A stretch of DNA of 32,745 bases from positions 1 through 32,745 of the forward strand of contig JBHPFT010000002.1 in NCBI GenBank assembly GCA_042571445.1, read 5' to 3'. Made by a program: the position numbers and the translations under genes. The notes beneath the pieces were generated by a model. That model was not told where the DNA came from, did not search any database, and worked only from the letters and a program-made list of their open reading frames with translations. Source of the DNA: Patescibacteria group bacterium. Its GTDB lineage: Bacteria; Patescibacteriota; WWE3; UBA101185; UBA10185. Positions 14,564-22,724 of this stretch are shown here, piece after piece. Position 1 is the first letter of the stretch. Each line of letters begins with the position of its first letter.

Positions 14564-17227
14564 ATGAACTCCTGGCACAGCATGAGAATTGAGAGTATTG
14601 CTAAGAATCTTAAGACTAATCCCGAACTTGGTATTTCTGATGAAAAAGCTAACTCTAGAAGAAGTAAGTACGGCTATAATACACTTCCAGAAAAGAGAAG
14701 AGCTACATCCCTTACCATCTTTTTAAATCAATTTAAGAGCCCCCTTGTATACGTTCTTTTGATTGTTGGAGTTATTGTCTATTTTCTTGAAGAACATCCC
14801 CAGAATCTCTTCCAGAGTGGTTTTGTACTTGCTTCTGTAGTTATTAATAGTGTCTTTGGATTTCTTGAAGAAAAGAAAGTATCTAAGGTACTTGAAAAAC
14901 TAACTAGTATCTTAAGGACTAAAGCCATTGTTATTAGAGAAGGAGTTAAAAAGGAGATAAATAGAAAAGATATAGTTCCTGGAGACATCATTGTCTTAGA
15001 ACCAGGAGAAAAGGTACCTGCTGATGGAAGAATTATTAAAGCTAATGATCTTAAAGTATCTGAAGCAGTACTTACTGGGGAGTGGCTTGCTGCAGATAAG
15101 GGATGTGAGGTCTTAGATGAATCTACTCCTCTTGCAGATAGAGATAATATGGTTTATTCAGGAACTATTGTTGAGGCTGGGGATGGGCTAGCCTTAGTTA
15201 TTGCTATTGGAGAAGAAACTGAAGTAGGTAAAATTGCAAAGCTACTTAAAGAAACAAAAGAAGAAAAGACACCCCTTCAAAAGAAACTAAATAGGTTTAC
15301 CAATCTAATTGCAAAGATAATTTTAGCTAGTACTTCTGTAATCTTTGCTCTTGGTATTGTTAGGGGAGAAGACCCCATTGAAATATTTGAGACTGCTGTT
15401 GCCATATCAATAGGAGGAATTCCTGAGGCTCTTCCTATTGTTATGACCCTCATATTGGTAATAGGTATGGAAAGACTAGCTAAAAAGAAGGGGTTAGTCC
15501 GCAAACTATCTTCAGTTGAAACACTAGGATCTACTCAAGTAATTTGTTGTGATAAGACAAGAACTATTACTGAGGGGGAAATGGAAGCAGATAAGGTTGT
15601 TACTGTTGAAAATACTTTTGATATAAAGCCAGGAATAAAAGATACAACCTATGAACTAAGTCTAAAGATATCCGCTATGTGTAATGAGGCTTTTGTTGAA
15701 AATCCCGATGATTCATATGAGAAGTGGAAGGTAGGGGGAACTCCTACTGGTAAGGCTCTTTTGATGGCAGGTGCTAAAGCTGGGTTTTTAAAACCTGAAT
15801 ATGAAGAAAGATATCCAACTATTAAATTCTTAACATTTGATTCAAAGAATAAGTACCAAGCTAGTCTTCATAAGATTGAGGGTAAATATATGCTCTTTGT
15901 ATGTGGTGCTCCGGACAGACTAATGGCGGTCTCTAAGTACGTACAGCTAAATTATGGAAAAAGAAAACTAAATGATATTAGAAAAGAAGAGATTGAAAGA
16001 ATACTAAATAGACTAGCTTTAAAGGGATCAAGACTCATTTGTACTGCATATAAAGAGATAGATAAACCAGAAAGTAAAATTCATCTAGAAAAAGAAATTA
16101 GTGATCTAACATTCACAGGTCTTGTTAGTATGAATGATCCTATTAGAGTAGGGGTAAAGACTGCTTTAGAGACATGTCAAGAAGCTGGAATGAAAGTGGT
16201 AATTATTACTGGAGATCACAGAAATACAGCTAAGGCTATTGCAAATAAACTAGGGCTTAGTGTTGATGATGAAAATATATTGGAAGGAACTGATTTAGAA
16301 ACAATGTCAGATCAAGAGTTTGATAACATTGTAGAAAAGATAGTTATATATGCACGAACGGAACCAAAACATAAGAGTAAGATAGTTGGAGCCTGGCAAA
16401 AGAAAGGTAAAGTTGTTGCTATGACTGGGGATGGAGTAAACGATGCTCCCGCCCTTAAGAAAGCAGATATTGGAATAGCCCTAGGAAGTGGGACTGACGT
16501 TGCAAAAGAAACGTCTGATCTTGTTTTATTAGATGACAGCTTTAACATCATCGTTGAAGCAGTAGAGGGGGGAAGAGCAATACTAGATAACCTAAGAAAA
16601 GGAATCTCATATATCCTCGCGGATGCCTTCTCGTCTACTATTATTGTTGGGGTGAGTATGCTTATGGGATGGCCCATACCACTTTTTTGGACACAGATTC
16701 TATGGAATAACATTGTTGAAGATACTATCCCAAACATTGCATTTGCGTTTGAGCCTATGGAAAAGGATGTTATGAAAAGAAAACCAAATCCTCCTGAGTC
16801 TCCTCTTGTCAACAAGGAAATGAAGTTTTTAATATTTGTTACTGGTCTAATAGATGAAATATTAACCTTTGCACTATTTTGGTATCTTTGGGGATATCTA
16901 AAACTTGATCTCACATATGTTAGGACTATGATATTTGGTGGAATTTGTGTTGATACTGCCTTTGTTATCTACTCATATAAGAGCTTAAGACAAAACATAT
17001 GGAAGATAAATATACTTTCAAATAAGTGGCTTCTTCTTTCTTCAGTATTTGTTCTAGTAGCATTTTCTGCAGCAATATATCTGCCACCACTTCAAACTCT
17101 TCTTCACACGGTACCTCTTGGATTTAACAGCTGGATGATATTAATTGCTCTAGCCATTATTAGTATGCTCCTTGTAGAAGGTACAAAGTACGTTTTTATA
17201 GCTAGAAAAACCACTGAATCTATCTAA
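14564..17227 (+). CDS. P-type cation-transporting ATPase, type II (Ca2+/SERCA-PMCA-like) with a variant phosphorylation motif
   Basis: 887 aa. Cation_ATPase_N-like start (LGISDEKANSRRSKYGYNTLPE), TGEW (for TGES), PEALP in TM4, ICCDKTRTIT (for DKTGT), GAPD, ITGDH, MTGDGVNDAPALKKADIGIA. About 10 TM. Confidence 0.88.
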   Translation: MNSWHSMRIESIAKNLKTNPELGISDEKANSRRSKYGYNTLPEKRRATSLTIFLNQFKSPLVYVLLIVGVIVYFLEEHPQNLFQSGFVLASVVINSVFGFLEEKKVSKVLEKLTSILRTKAIVIREGVKKEINRKDIVPGDIIVLEPGEKVPADGRIIKANDLKVSEAVLTGEWLAADKGCEVLDESTPLADRDNMVYSGTIVEAGDGLALVIAIGEETEVGKIAKLLKETKEEKTPLQKKLNRFTNLIAKIILASTSVIFALGIVRGEDPIEIFETAVAISIGGIPEALPIVMTLILVIGMERLAKKKGLVRKLSSVETLGSTQVICCDKTRTITEGEMEADKVVTVENTFDIKPGIKDTTYELSLKISAMCNEAFVENPDDSYEKWKVGGTPTGKALLMAGAKAGFLKPEYEERYPTIKFLTFDSKNKYQASLHKIEGKYMLFVCGAPDRLMAVSKYVQLNYGKRKLNDIRKEEIERILNRLALKGSRLICTAYKEIDKPESKIHLEKEISDLTFTGLVSMNDPIRVGVKTALETCQEAGMKVVIITGDHRNTAKAIANKLGLSVDDENILEGTDLETMSDQEFDNIVEKIVIYARTEPKHKSKIVGAWQKKGKVVAMTGDGVNDAPALKKADIGIALGSGTDVAKETSDLVLLDDSFNIIVEAVEGGRAILDNLRKGISYILADAFSSTIIVGVSMLMGWPIPLFWTQILWNNIVEDTIPNIAFAFEPMEKDVMKRKPNPPESPLVNKEMKFLIFVTGLIDEILTFALFWYLWGYLKLDLTYVRTMIFGGICVDTAFVIYSYKSLRQNIWKINILSNKWLLLSSVFVLVAFSAAIYLPPLQTLLHTVPLGFNSWMILIALAIISMLLVEGTKYVFIARKTTESI

Positions 17228-17301
17228 TACCCTATAACATAGATATCTAACTATTTCTGAAGTATAATACTACTCCACAAATAAACTTGGAGAGATACAA
17301 A

Positions 17302-17562
17302 ATGAAAATCGAAAAAGTGGATAATATCTACATAGCAGATGAAAGAAAGGTTCAAGAAACAGATACTTTTTTTCTTGTTGAGCATCAAGTTGGTAAGAGA
17401 CCTGAAGATGTTGTTTGTGAAATAATTCACTATGACATGGATGTAGTAGACGAAGTTCTTGAGAAAAAGAAAAAAGAGCTTGGAGGCACAGGAACAGGGC
17501 CTTCAAGAAGTAGAATTCTGAGAATAAGTGCCGAAGAACTTACTAAAACACTTAAATCATAA
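17302..17562 (+). CDS. Hypothetical small protein (86 aa)
   Basis: ATG 17302 is preceded by GGAGAG, so I prefer it over the TTG at 17287. TATAAT about 35 nt upstream. No recognisable domain. Confidence 0.45.
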   Translation: MKIEKVDNIYIADERKVQETDTFFLVEHQVGKRPEDVVCEIIHYDMDVVDEVLEKKKKELGGTGTGPSRSRILRISAEELTKTLKS

Positions 17563-17574
17563 AATCTGCTGTAT

Positions 17575-17610
17575 ATCCCCCTACATTTCTATGGAGGGGG
17601 ATTCTCATTT
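17575..17610 (+). terminator. Probable intrinsic terminator (weak T tract)
   Basis: ATCCCCCT (17575-17582) / AGGGGGAT (17595-17602) with a 12-nt loop, followed by TCTCATTT. Confidence 0.4.
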
Positions 17611-17651
17611 GGTAGAATAAATAAGCTTAATAAATTAATTAGGAGATATTT

Positions 17652-18035
17652 ATGCCTATATATGTAGAAAATATTGAGAAAGATACTTTAGAAAATGATA
17701 ATTTTCGAAAAGTTCTAGCTACAAATAAGTTTAGTCAGTTAGTTGTTATGAATTTAAAACCTGGTGAGAATATCGGGATGGAAGTTCATAACGATGTGGA
17801 TCAATTCATTAGGATTGAAGAAGGTTCTGGTAAAGCAGTGCTTGATGGAAAGGATTATCCAATCGAGGATGACTTTGCTGTTGTTATTCCAGCAGGTACA
17901 GAACATGACATCATTAATGAATCTGATGGAGAAATGAAGCTCTATTCAATCTACAGTCCTTCTGAACATCCTGATGGGACTATTCATAAGGATAAAGCAG
18001 AAGCTGAGGCTTACGAAGCTGAACATCATCACTAA
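17652..18035 (+). CDS. Cupin-domain protein
   Basis: 127 aa. GENIGMEVHNDVDQFIRIEEG (cupin motif 1 variant) and IPAGTEHDIIN (motif 2: PxGxxHxxxN). AGGAGA RBS. Confidence 0.75.
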   Translation: MPIYVENIEKDTLENDNFRKVLATNKFSQLVVMNLKPGENIGMEVHNDVDQFIRIEEGSGKAVLDGKDYPIEDDFAVVIPAGTEHDIINESDGEMKLYSIYSPSEHPDGTIHKDKAEAEAYEAEHHH

Positions 18036-18038
18036 TTT

Positions 18039-18046
18039 GCTATACT
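18039..18046 (+). promoter_or_regulatory. Extended -10 promoter (TGcTATACT) 6 nt upstream of the GTG start at 18053
   Basis: TG-c-TATACT (hexamer 18041-18046), then aaaaag, then GTG 18053. Confidence 0.35.
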
Positions 18047-18052
18047 AAAAAG

Positions 18053-18892
18053 GTGAATAAACTGCCTCTAATAAAAAGAATTGTTGTATCTTTAGTAATT
18101 GCACTAGAGTCCTTTATTGTTGTTAGTTTAGTTAAAAACTTCATTCAAACTCAAAACTATTTCAGTGTTTCGTGGGAATTTGCAATAAAGTTACTCCTTG
18201 CTCTTCTTATTACCATGTATACACTCGCCTTAACTACTGCCACAGCAAACAAGTGGACTCAAAATCTCTGGTCAGCGGGTGGAGTTTCTCTAGGAATTAT
18301 GTTGGTTCTTGCAACGTATGATGTTTTTTATGCTGTTGTTGTGGGTGTTGTGTCTTTTCTTCTTTGCACTCTTGGTACACAAAGATCATTTGGATTAAAT
18401 AGAAACATGTTAAAGACTGTTCCCAGACACGCTCTAAGATACGCGGTGAGAGGAGCTCTTATGGCATTTAGTATATCTGCAGCTACTATCTTTTTACTTG
18501 AAACCTCTGGATTTGTGAGTATAAACATAGGTCAAAAGATAGCAGAGGTAGTAGAAAAACCAATACAGGGTATAGTCGAGAGTCAATTTCCTAAAGAAAT
18601 ACCTGAAGTACCTATTGGAATAGAGGGGTTTAACATTTCTGATCTATTCAGTCCTGAGACAGTTGATATAAAGGGAATGGTTGAATCACAAATAAATAGA
18701 TTTTTAGAACCATACAAAAGACTATTCTCACCAATAATGGCAGGTTTAATATTTGTAATATTTCAGTTTTATGGAACTATTGCCTACTACGTATATTTCT
18801 TCACAGTAGGGATGGTATTCGCTTTACTAAAAAAGATAGGATTAATAAAAGCAGAGAAACTTCAAGTAGAAAAAGAGCAACTAACATTGTAA
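18053..18892 (+). CDS. Hypothetical polytopic membrane protein (279 aa)
   Basis: GTG start. About 5-6 hydrophobic helices with a central soluble segment. No family recognised. Confidence 0.55.
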   Translation: MNKLPLIKRIVVSLVIALESFIVVSLVKNFIQTQNYFSVSWEFAIKLLLALLITMYTLALTTATANKWTQNLWSAGGVSLGIMLVLATYDVFYAVVVGVVSFLLCTLGTQRSFGLNRNMLKTVPRHALRYAVRGALMAFSISAATIFLLETSGFVSINIGQKIAEVVEKPIQGIVESQFPKEIPEVPIGIEGFNISDLFSPETVDIKGMVESQINRFLEPYKRLFSPIMAGLIFVIFQFYGTIAYYVYFFTVGMVFALLKKIGLIKAEKLQVEKEQLTL

Positions 18893-18949
18893 TTTGTAAA
18901 TCTATCAATTATTCCCTATAATTCACAAAAAATTAGAAGAGGTGAGAAA

Positions 18950-19228
18950 ATGTTTAACTCTAACACTTTTTTAATAGCGTCGTTACCTGTGTTTATCTAC
19001 TGGGTGGTAGTTCTCTTTGTTTACTCTACTGCTCTAAAAGCTTATACAAGAAAGGTATACAGAACTTATGTCCAAAACAATGGTAGAAAACCCACCAAGG
19101 AAGAGGTACAAAATATTATTGTGAGTAATTACCCATTATTACATCCGAGGATACAGAGCAATATAATCTTCGGTGGAACACTATTGATATTTGCTTTCGC
19201 AACTTTGATGGGGTTCCTAACTGCATAG
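18950..19228 (+). CDS. Small membrane protein (92 aa, 2 TM)
   Basis: GAGGTG RBS 6 nt upstream and a TATAAT-led leader. TM helices at both ends. Confidence 0.55.
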   Translation: MFNSNTFLIASLPVFIYWVVVLFVYSTALKAYTRKVYRTYVQNNGRKPTKEEVQNIIVSNYPLLHPRIQSNIIFGGTLLIFAFATLMGFLTA

Positions 19229-19236
19229 AAGAGCTT

Positions 19237-19908
19237 CTACGACCGGAAACCCTCCCTTTCCGGTCTACTTCTTTTTATTTCAGAAATTTCTATCGAGTCC
19301 TCAACCTTAAAATCACCAATCCTAGTCCTAACCAAACTCACAAGAACACAGTCTAGGTCGTGGGCTAAAGATCTAATATATGTTCCGGAGCCACACACTA
19401 CCTTTACCTTAAATATGGGGATTTTCTTAACACCAGACTCAGTTTCTATATCCTTCTCATATTTATCTAAAATCTCAATACTGTGTATTGAGATTTCCTT
19501 TACGGGAAGGCTAGATTCGTCAATTTTTCCCTTTCTAGCCTCTTTATATAGCTTTTTTCCTTTTACCTTGACTGCAGAGTAGGAAGGTACTTTTTGTTTT
19601 ATCTTACCTACATACTTTTTAATTTCTTTCTCAAAATCAATATTTGTATCAATGACTCTAGGTAAGACTTCTAGATCATAAGTATCAGAATCTAAACCTA
19701 ATCCAAACTCAGCAATATATTCTTTTTCCATATTCATAAACTCACTCTGCTTTTTAGTGTCTTCTCCAGTTAATACAACGAGGACACCTTCTGCTAAGGG
19801 ATCTAAGGTTCCTGCATGCCCCACCTTTTTTTCTCCCAAAATACCTCTAACTTTAGCTACAACATCAAAACTAGTCCAATTTTTCTCTTTATGTATGTTT
19901 AAGATCAC
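19237..19908 (-). CDS. truB: tRNA pseudouridine(55) synthase
   Basis: 223 aa. WTSFDVV...GHAGTLDPLAEGVLVV catalytic-Asp motif, SAVKVKGKKLYE, GTYIRSLAHDL. GTG start. Confidence 0.9.
   Translation of the reverse strand: MILNIHKEKNWTSFDVVAKVRGILGEKKVGHAGTLDPLAEGVLVVLTGEDTKKQSEFMNMEKEYIAEFGLGLDSDTYDLEVLPRVIDTNIDFEKEIKKYVGKIKQKVPSYSAVKVKGKKLYKEARKGKIDESSLPVKEISIHSIEILDKYEKDIETESGVKKIPIFKVKVVCGSGTYIRSLAHDLDCVLVSLVRTRIGDFKVEDSIEISEIKRSRPEREGFRS
19241..19275 (+). terminator. Intrinsic terminator for ORF 18950, embedded in the 3' coding end of convergent truB
   Basis: GACCGGAAA (19241-19249) - ccctccc - TTTCCGGTC (19257-19265), followed by TACTTCTTTTTATTT. Confidence 0.6.
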
Positions 19909-19914
19909 CCATCT

Positions 19915-19920
19915 ATTATA
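19915..19920 (-). promoter_or_regulatory. -10 box TATAAT 6 nt upstream of the truB GTG start
   Basis: Minus strand reads TTAAGATATAAT-agatgg-GTG. No SD. Confidence 0.4.
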
Positions 19921-19951
19921 TCTTAATATTCAAACCTGTTGACTTATAGTA

Positions 19952-19980
19952 TTGACAAGAGAAGGGAAAAACGATATCAT
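19952..19980 (+). promoter_or_regulatory. Near-consensus sigma70 promoter for the ClpP-like gene
   Basis: TTGACA (19952-19957), 17 nt, TATCAT (19975-19980). The leader carries AAAGGAG 6 nt before ATG 20014. Confidence 0.55.
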
Positions 19981-20013
19981 GGAGCACAAAAATATATCTG
20001 AAAGGAGTTCGAG

Positions 20014-20676
20014 ATGTTACTGTCACAAAATATAGATAAGCCCGAAATGATCATGGATTGGAAGGATTTCCGTACCATGGCTCGAGATCTCGTAAACGAG
20101 AAGTATATCCCAGTTTTTGGCCACTTTTGCAATGAACTTGAGCAGGTAGTTGTTGAGTGCATTCTTCTTGCTAAAAAGAAAGGATACGAAGAAATGACCT
20201 TTCTTATAAACAGCAATGGGGGATGGAATGATGCATTTACTGGGATCAAATCCATGATGGTTATAACCGAAATAAAATTCACTGGATTTGTGACTTCTCG
20301 AGCAAGGTCAAATGGCTTTAGGCTCTTGCAACACTGTCACAGAAGACTTGCTGTAAGAAACTCTGAGCTTTTATTCCACTGGGGACAAACGCGGCTCGAT
20401 AATAATGAAATCGCTGCGCTAATGAATGGGCAAACCTGGCCTACAGAGCACGTGATTAAAATAAGAGACGCAATTGTACAGGAAATCCATGAACGCACTG
20501 ATGTACCAATGAAAAACCTGTATGAATTCGCTCTTTATGATCGCCCCTTTACTGCAGAGGAAGGACTGGCCCTTAACTTCTTAGATGAGATAGTTGAGGA
20601 TACACCTCAGCTTATAAAGAAAGCATTAAGTGAGCACCCAGATATACCTTCGGAGTCAAAAGACAAGAAAAAATAA
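20014..20676 (+). CDS. Divergent ClpP-family (peptidase S14-like) serine protease paralog
   Basis: 220 aa. Aligns by eye with the window's own ClpP: FLINSNGGWNDAFTG vs [17 protein letters not shown] vs AASAG (Ser), LFHWG vs MIHQ (His), LYDRPFTAEE vs [10 protein letters not shown] (Asp). Confidence 0.65.
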   Translation: MLLSQNIDKPEMIMDWKDFRTMARDLVNEKYIPVFGHFCNELEQVVVECILLAKKKGYEEMTFLINSNGGWNDAFTGIKSMMVITEIKFTGFVTSRARSNGFRLLQHCHRRLAVRNSELLFHWGQTRLDNNEIAALMNGQTWPTEHVIKIRDAIVQEIHERTDVPMKNLYEFALYDRPFTAEEGLALNFLDEIVEDTPQLIKKALSEHPDIPSESKDKKK

Positions 20677-20701
20677 AAACCAATTTAAATAAATAAAAAC
20701 C

Positions 20702-20729
20702 GAGCTGAACTAACCACTCAGCTCTTTTT
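20702..20729 (+). terminator. Rho-independent terminator
   Basis: GAGCTGA (20702-20708) / TCAGCTC (20718-20724), followed by TTTTTA. Confidence 0.65.
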
Positions 20730-20899
20730 ATTGACAAAATCCTCTAATAGGGCTAAATTCATCCTAGTGAATAAAGTATCCTTATACATACTCACAAACA
20801 CAACTACAACCCGCTAAGCGGGTAAATACTTTAATTCACATCTGAATATTTCTTTTCCTTTCAACAAAAACTAAATTTATATATAATTAAGGAGTATCT

Positions 20900-22678
20900 A
20901 TGAAAAAAGAAAAAGTTATAGACAAAATAAAAGATGATCCGTTGTTTGCACTGAGACACAGTGCTGAACATGTTATGCACATGGCTGTAGAAAGCCTCTT
21001 TGATGGTGCTAAAAAGGTAATGGGACCACCAATTGAAGGTGGGTTCTATGGTGATTTTGATGATTTGAAGGTAACCCCCGAAGATCTTCCCAAGATAGAA
21101 AAAAGAATGCAAGAAATCATTGATGCAGATCTCCCACTAGATATTAGAAAAGCTTCATTTGACGAATTGAAAGAGGTGTTTAAAGACAACCCCTTCAAGC
21201 TAGAAATGATTGAAGAGATAGAAAAAGCAAGGGAAGAAGCTACTGTTTGTGAGACTGGAAAAAAGGGAGATAAATATCATGATGTTGACCTTTGTGCTGG
21301 AAATCATCTTAAAAGTACAGGGAAGGTAAAAGCATTTAAATTACTAAGCATTGCTGGAGCATACTGGCATGGAGATGAGAAGAATAAGATGCTAACAAGA
21401 ATCTATGGAACTGCCTTCAATTCTCAGAAAGATCTAGATGAATATCTTGAAATGATTGAGGAGGCTAAGAAAAGAGACCACAGAAAACTAGGACCCCAAC
21501 TGGAGATATTCTTTCTCCACGAAACAGCTCCAGGAATGCCTTATTGGTTACCTAACGGGACTATCATTATTAACCAGCTTATGAAATTCTGGCGTGAAGA
21601 ACATGCTGAAAGAGGTTATCAAGAAACTATTACTCCTCTGATAAACAAAAAGGTTTTATGGGAAACCTCAGGACACTGGGAACACTACAAGGATGGAATG
21701 TTTATTGCAGATATGGGGGAAGAAGAGGTTTATGGTATTAAACCGATGAACTGTCCTAATGCAATGATGATATACAAGATGAGGCCAAGAAGTTACAGAG
21801 AACTTCCTCTAAGATTTTCTGATTCGGACACTCTTCACAGATATGAGCAGTCTGGGGAGCTGCACGGGCTACTGCGTGTACAAGAATTCAGACAGGATGA
21901 TGCACACATATTCGTTACCGAGGATCAAGTAGAAGATGAATACGACAGAATTCTAGACATTACTGATCTTTTTTACGACGTTGTAGGTCTTAAGTACAGG
22001 GTGAGGCTAGGTACAAGACCTGAGAAATTCCTCGGGGATGCTAAAGTATGGGACAAAGCAGAAGAAACTCTCAAAAAGATCTTGGATAAGAGAGTTGGTG
22101 AAGGAAACTACTACGTAGGTGAGGGCGAGGGAGCCTTTTATGGACCTAAACTAGACATTATGGTTAGTGATTCTCTAGGAAGAGAGTGGCAAACAGGCAC
22201 TATCCAGCTTGATTTCCAACTTCCACAAAGATTTGATCTTAAATATGTAGATAAGGATGGATCCCTTCAAATGCCTATTGTTATTCACAGAGTTATTTAT
22301 GGGTCCATTGAAAGATTTATGGGAATACTCATTGAACACTTTGCAGGAGCTTTCCCAGTATGGCTATCTCCTGTGCAAGCTATTTTAATCCCAATTGGTG
22401 AGAAACATGTAGATTATGCTCAAAAAACATTAGAAAGGCTGAAAGAAGCTGGTATTAGAGCTAAAATTGATGATAGATCTGATACTATGCAGGCTAAAAT
22501 CAGAGACTCACAACTACAGAAGATCCCATATATGCTTATTGTAGGAGATAGGGAAGCTAAAAAGAAAGAGGTTAGTGTGAGATTAAGGACTGAAGAGGAC
22601 AAAGGTGTTATTAAACTAGATAAATTTATTGATAAGGTTAGTAATATAGTGTTGACCAAGTCTTTAGAACTATGGTAA
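20900..22678 (+). CDS. thrS: Threonine--tRNA ligase (no N-terminal TGS domain)
   Basis: 592 aa. Starts in the editing (N2) domain with RHSAEHVMHMAV (HxxxH). Class II motifs follow (FRQDDAHIF, GAFYGPKLD, RFMGILIEHFAGAFP), then the anticodon-binding domain. AAGGAG RBS. Confidence 0.92.
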   Translation: MKKEKVIDKIKDDPLFALRHSAEHVMHMAVESLFDGAKKVMGPPIEGGFYGDFDDLKVTPEDLPKIEKRMQEIIDADLPLDIRKASFDELKEVFKDNPFKLEMIEEIEKAREEATVCETGKKGDKYHDVDLCAGNHLKSTGKVKAFKLLSIAGAYWHGDEKNKMLTRIYGTAFNSQKDLDEYLEMIEEAKKRDHRKLGPQLEIFFLHETAPGMPYWLPNGTIIINQLMKFWREEHAERGYQETITPLINKKVLWETSGHWEHYKDGMFIADMGEEEVYGIKPMNCPNAMMIYKMRPRSYRELPLRFSDSDTLHRYEQSGELHGLLRVQEFRQDDAHIFVTEDQVEDEYDRILDITDLFYDVVGLKYRVRLGTRPEKFLGDAKVWDKAEETLKKILDKRVGEGNYYVGEGEGAFYGPKLDIMVSDSLGREWQTGTIQLDFQLPQRFDLKYVDKDGSLQMPIVIHRVIYGSIERFMGILIEHFAGAFPVWLSPVQAILIPIGEKHVDYAQKTLERLKEAGIRAKIDDRSDTMQAKIRDSQLQKIPYMLIVGDREAKKKEVSVRLRTEEDKGVIKLDKFIDKVSNIVLTKSLELW

Positions 22679-22724
22679 GTTATCAGGGTTTAATGGAGGA
22701 CAAACTACGGTAAAGAGCAGACAT

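Noticed and set aside
16312-16914. 200-aa minus-strand ORF inside the P-type ATPase, and similar antisense ORFs (660-923, 6908-7132, 8189-8392, 9902-10087, 10613-10923, 12886-13119, 13644-13904, 14779-14991, 15277-15504, 17270-17506, 18328-18528, 19757-19942, 19977-20282, 20861-21112, 22420-22659, 24058-24793, 25130-25592, 27090-27323, 28766-29062, 29552-29768)
   Set aside because: All lie within, and antisense to or out of frame with, CDSs that carry strong family motifs. Their translations are S/L/F/I-rich shadows typical of AT-rich genomes.
20014-20676. Strong compositional (GC) island signal for the ClpP-like cassette
   Set aside because: My hand counts (about 41-48% GC) overlap those of neighbouring housekeeping genes (37-42%). 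The difference is too small to claim horizontal transfer without a proper sliding-window and codon-usage analysis.
20729-20899. T-box riboswitch upstream of thrS
   Set aside because: There is no T-box sequence (AATTAGGGTGGNACCGCG-like), no specifier-loop/Stem I architecture, and no terminator/antiterminator pair. The region is short, with a single 6-bp hairpin.
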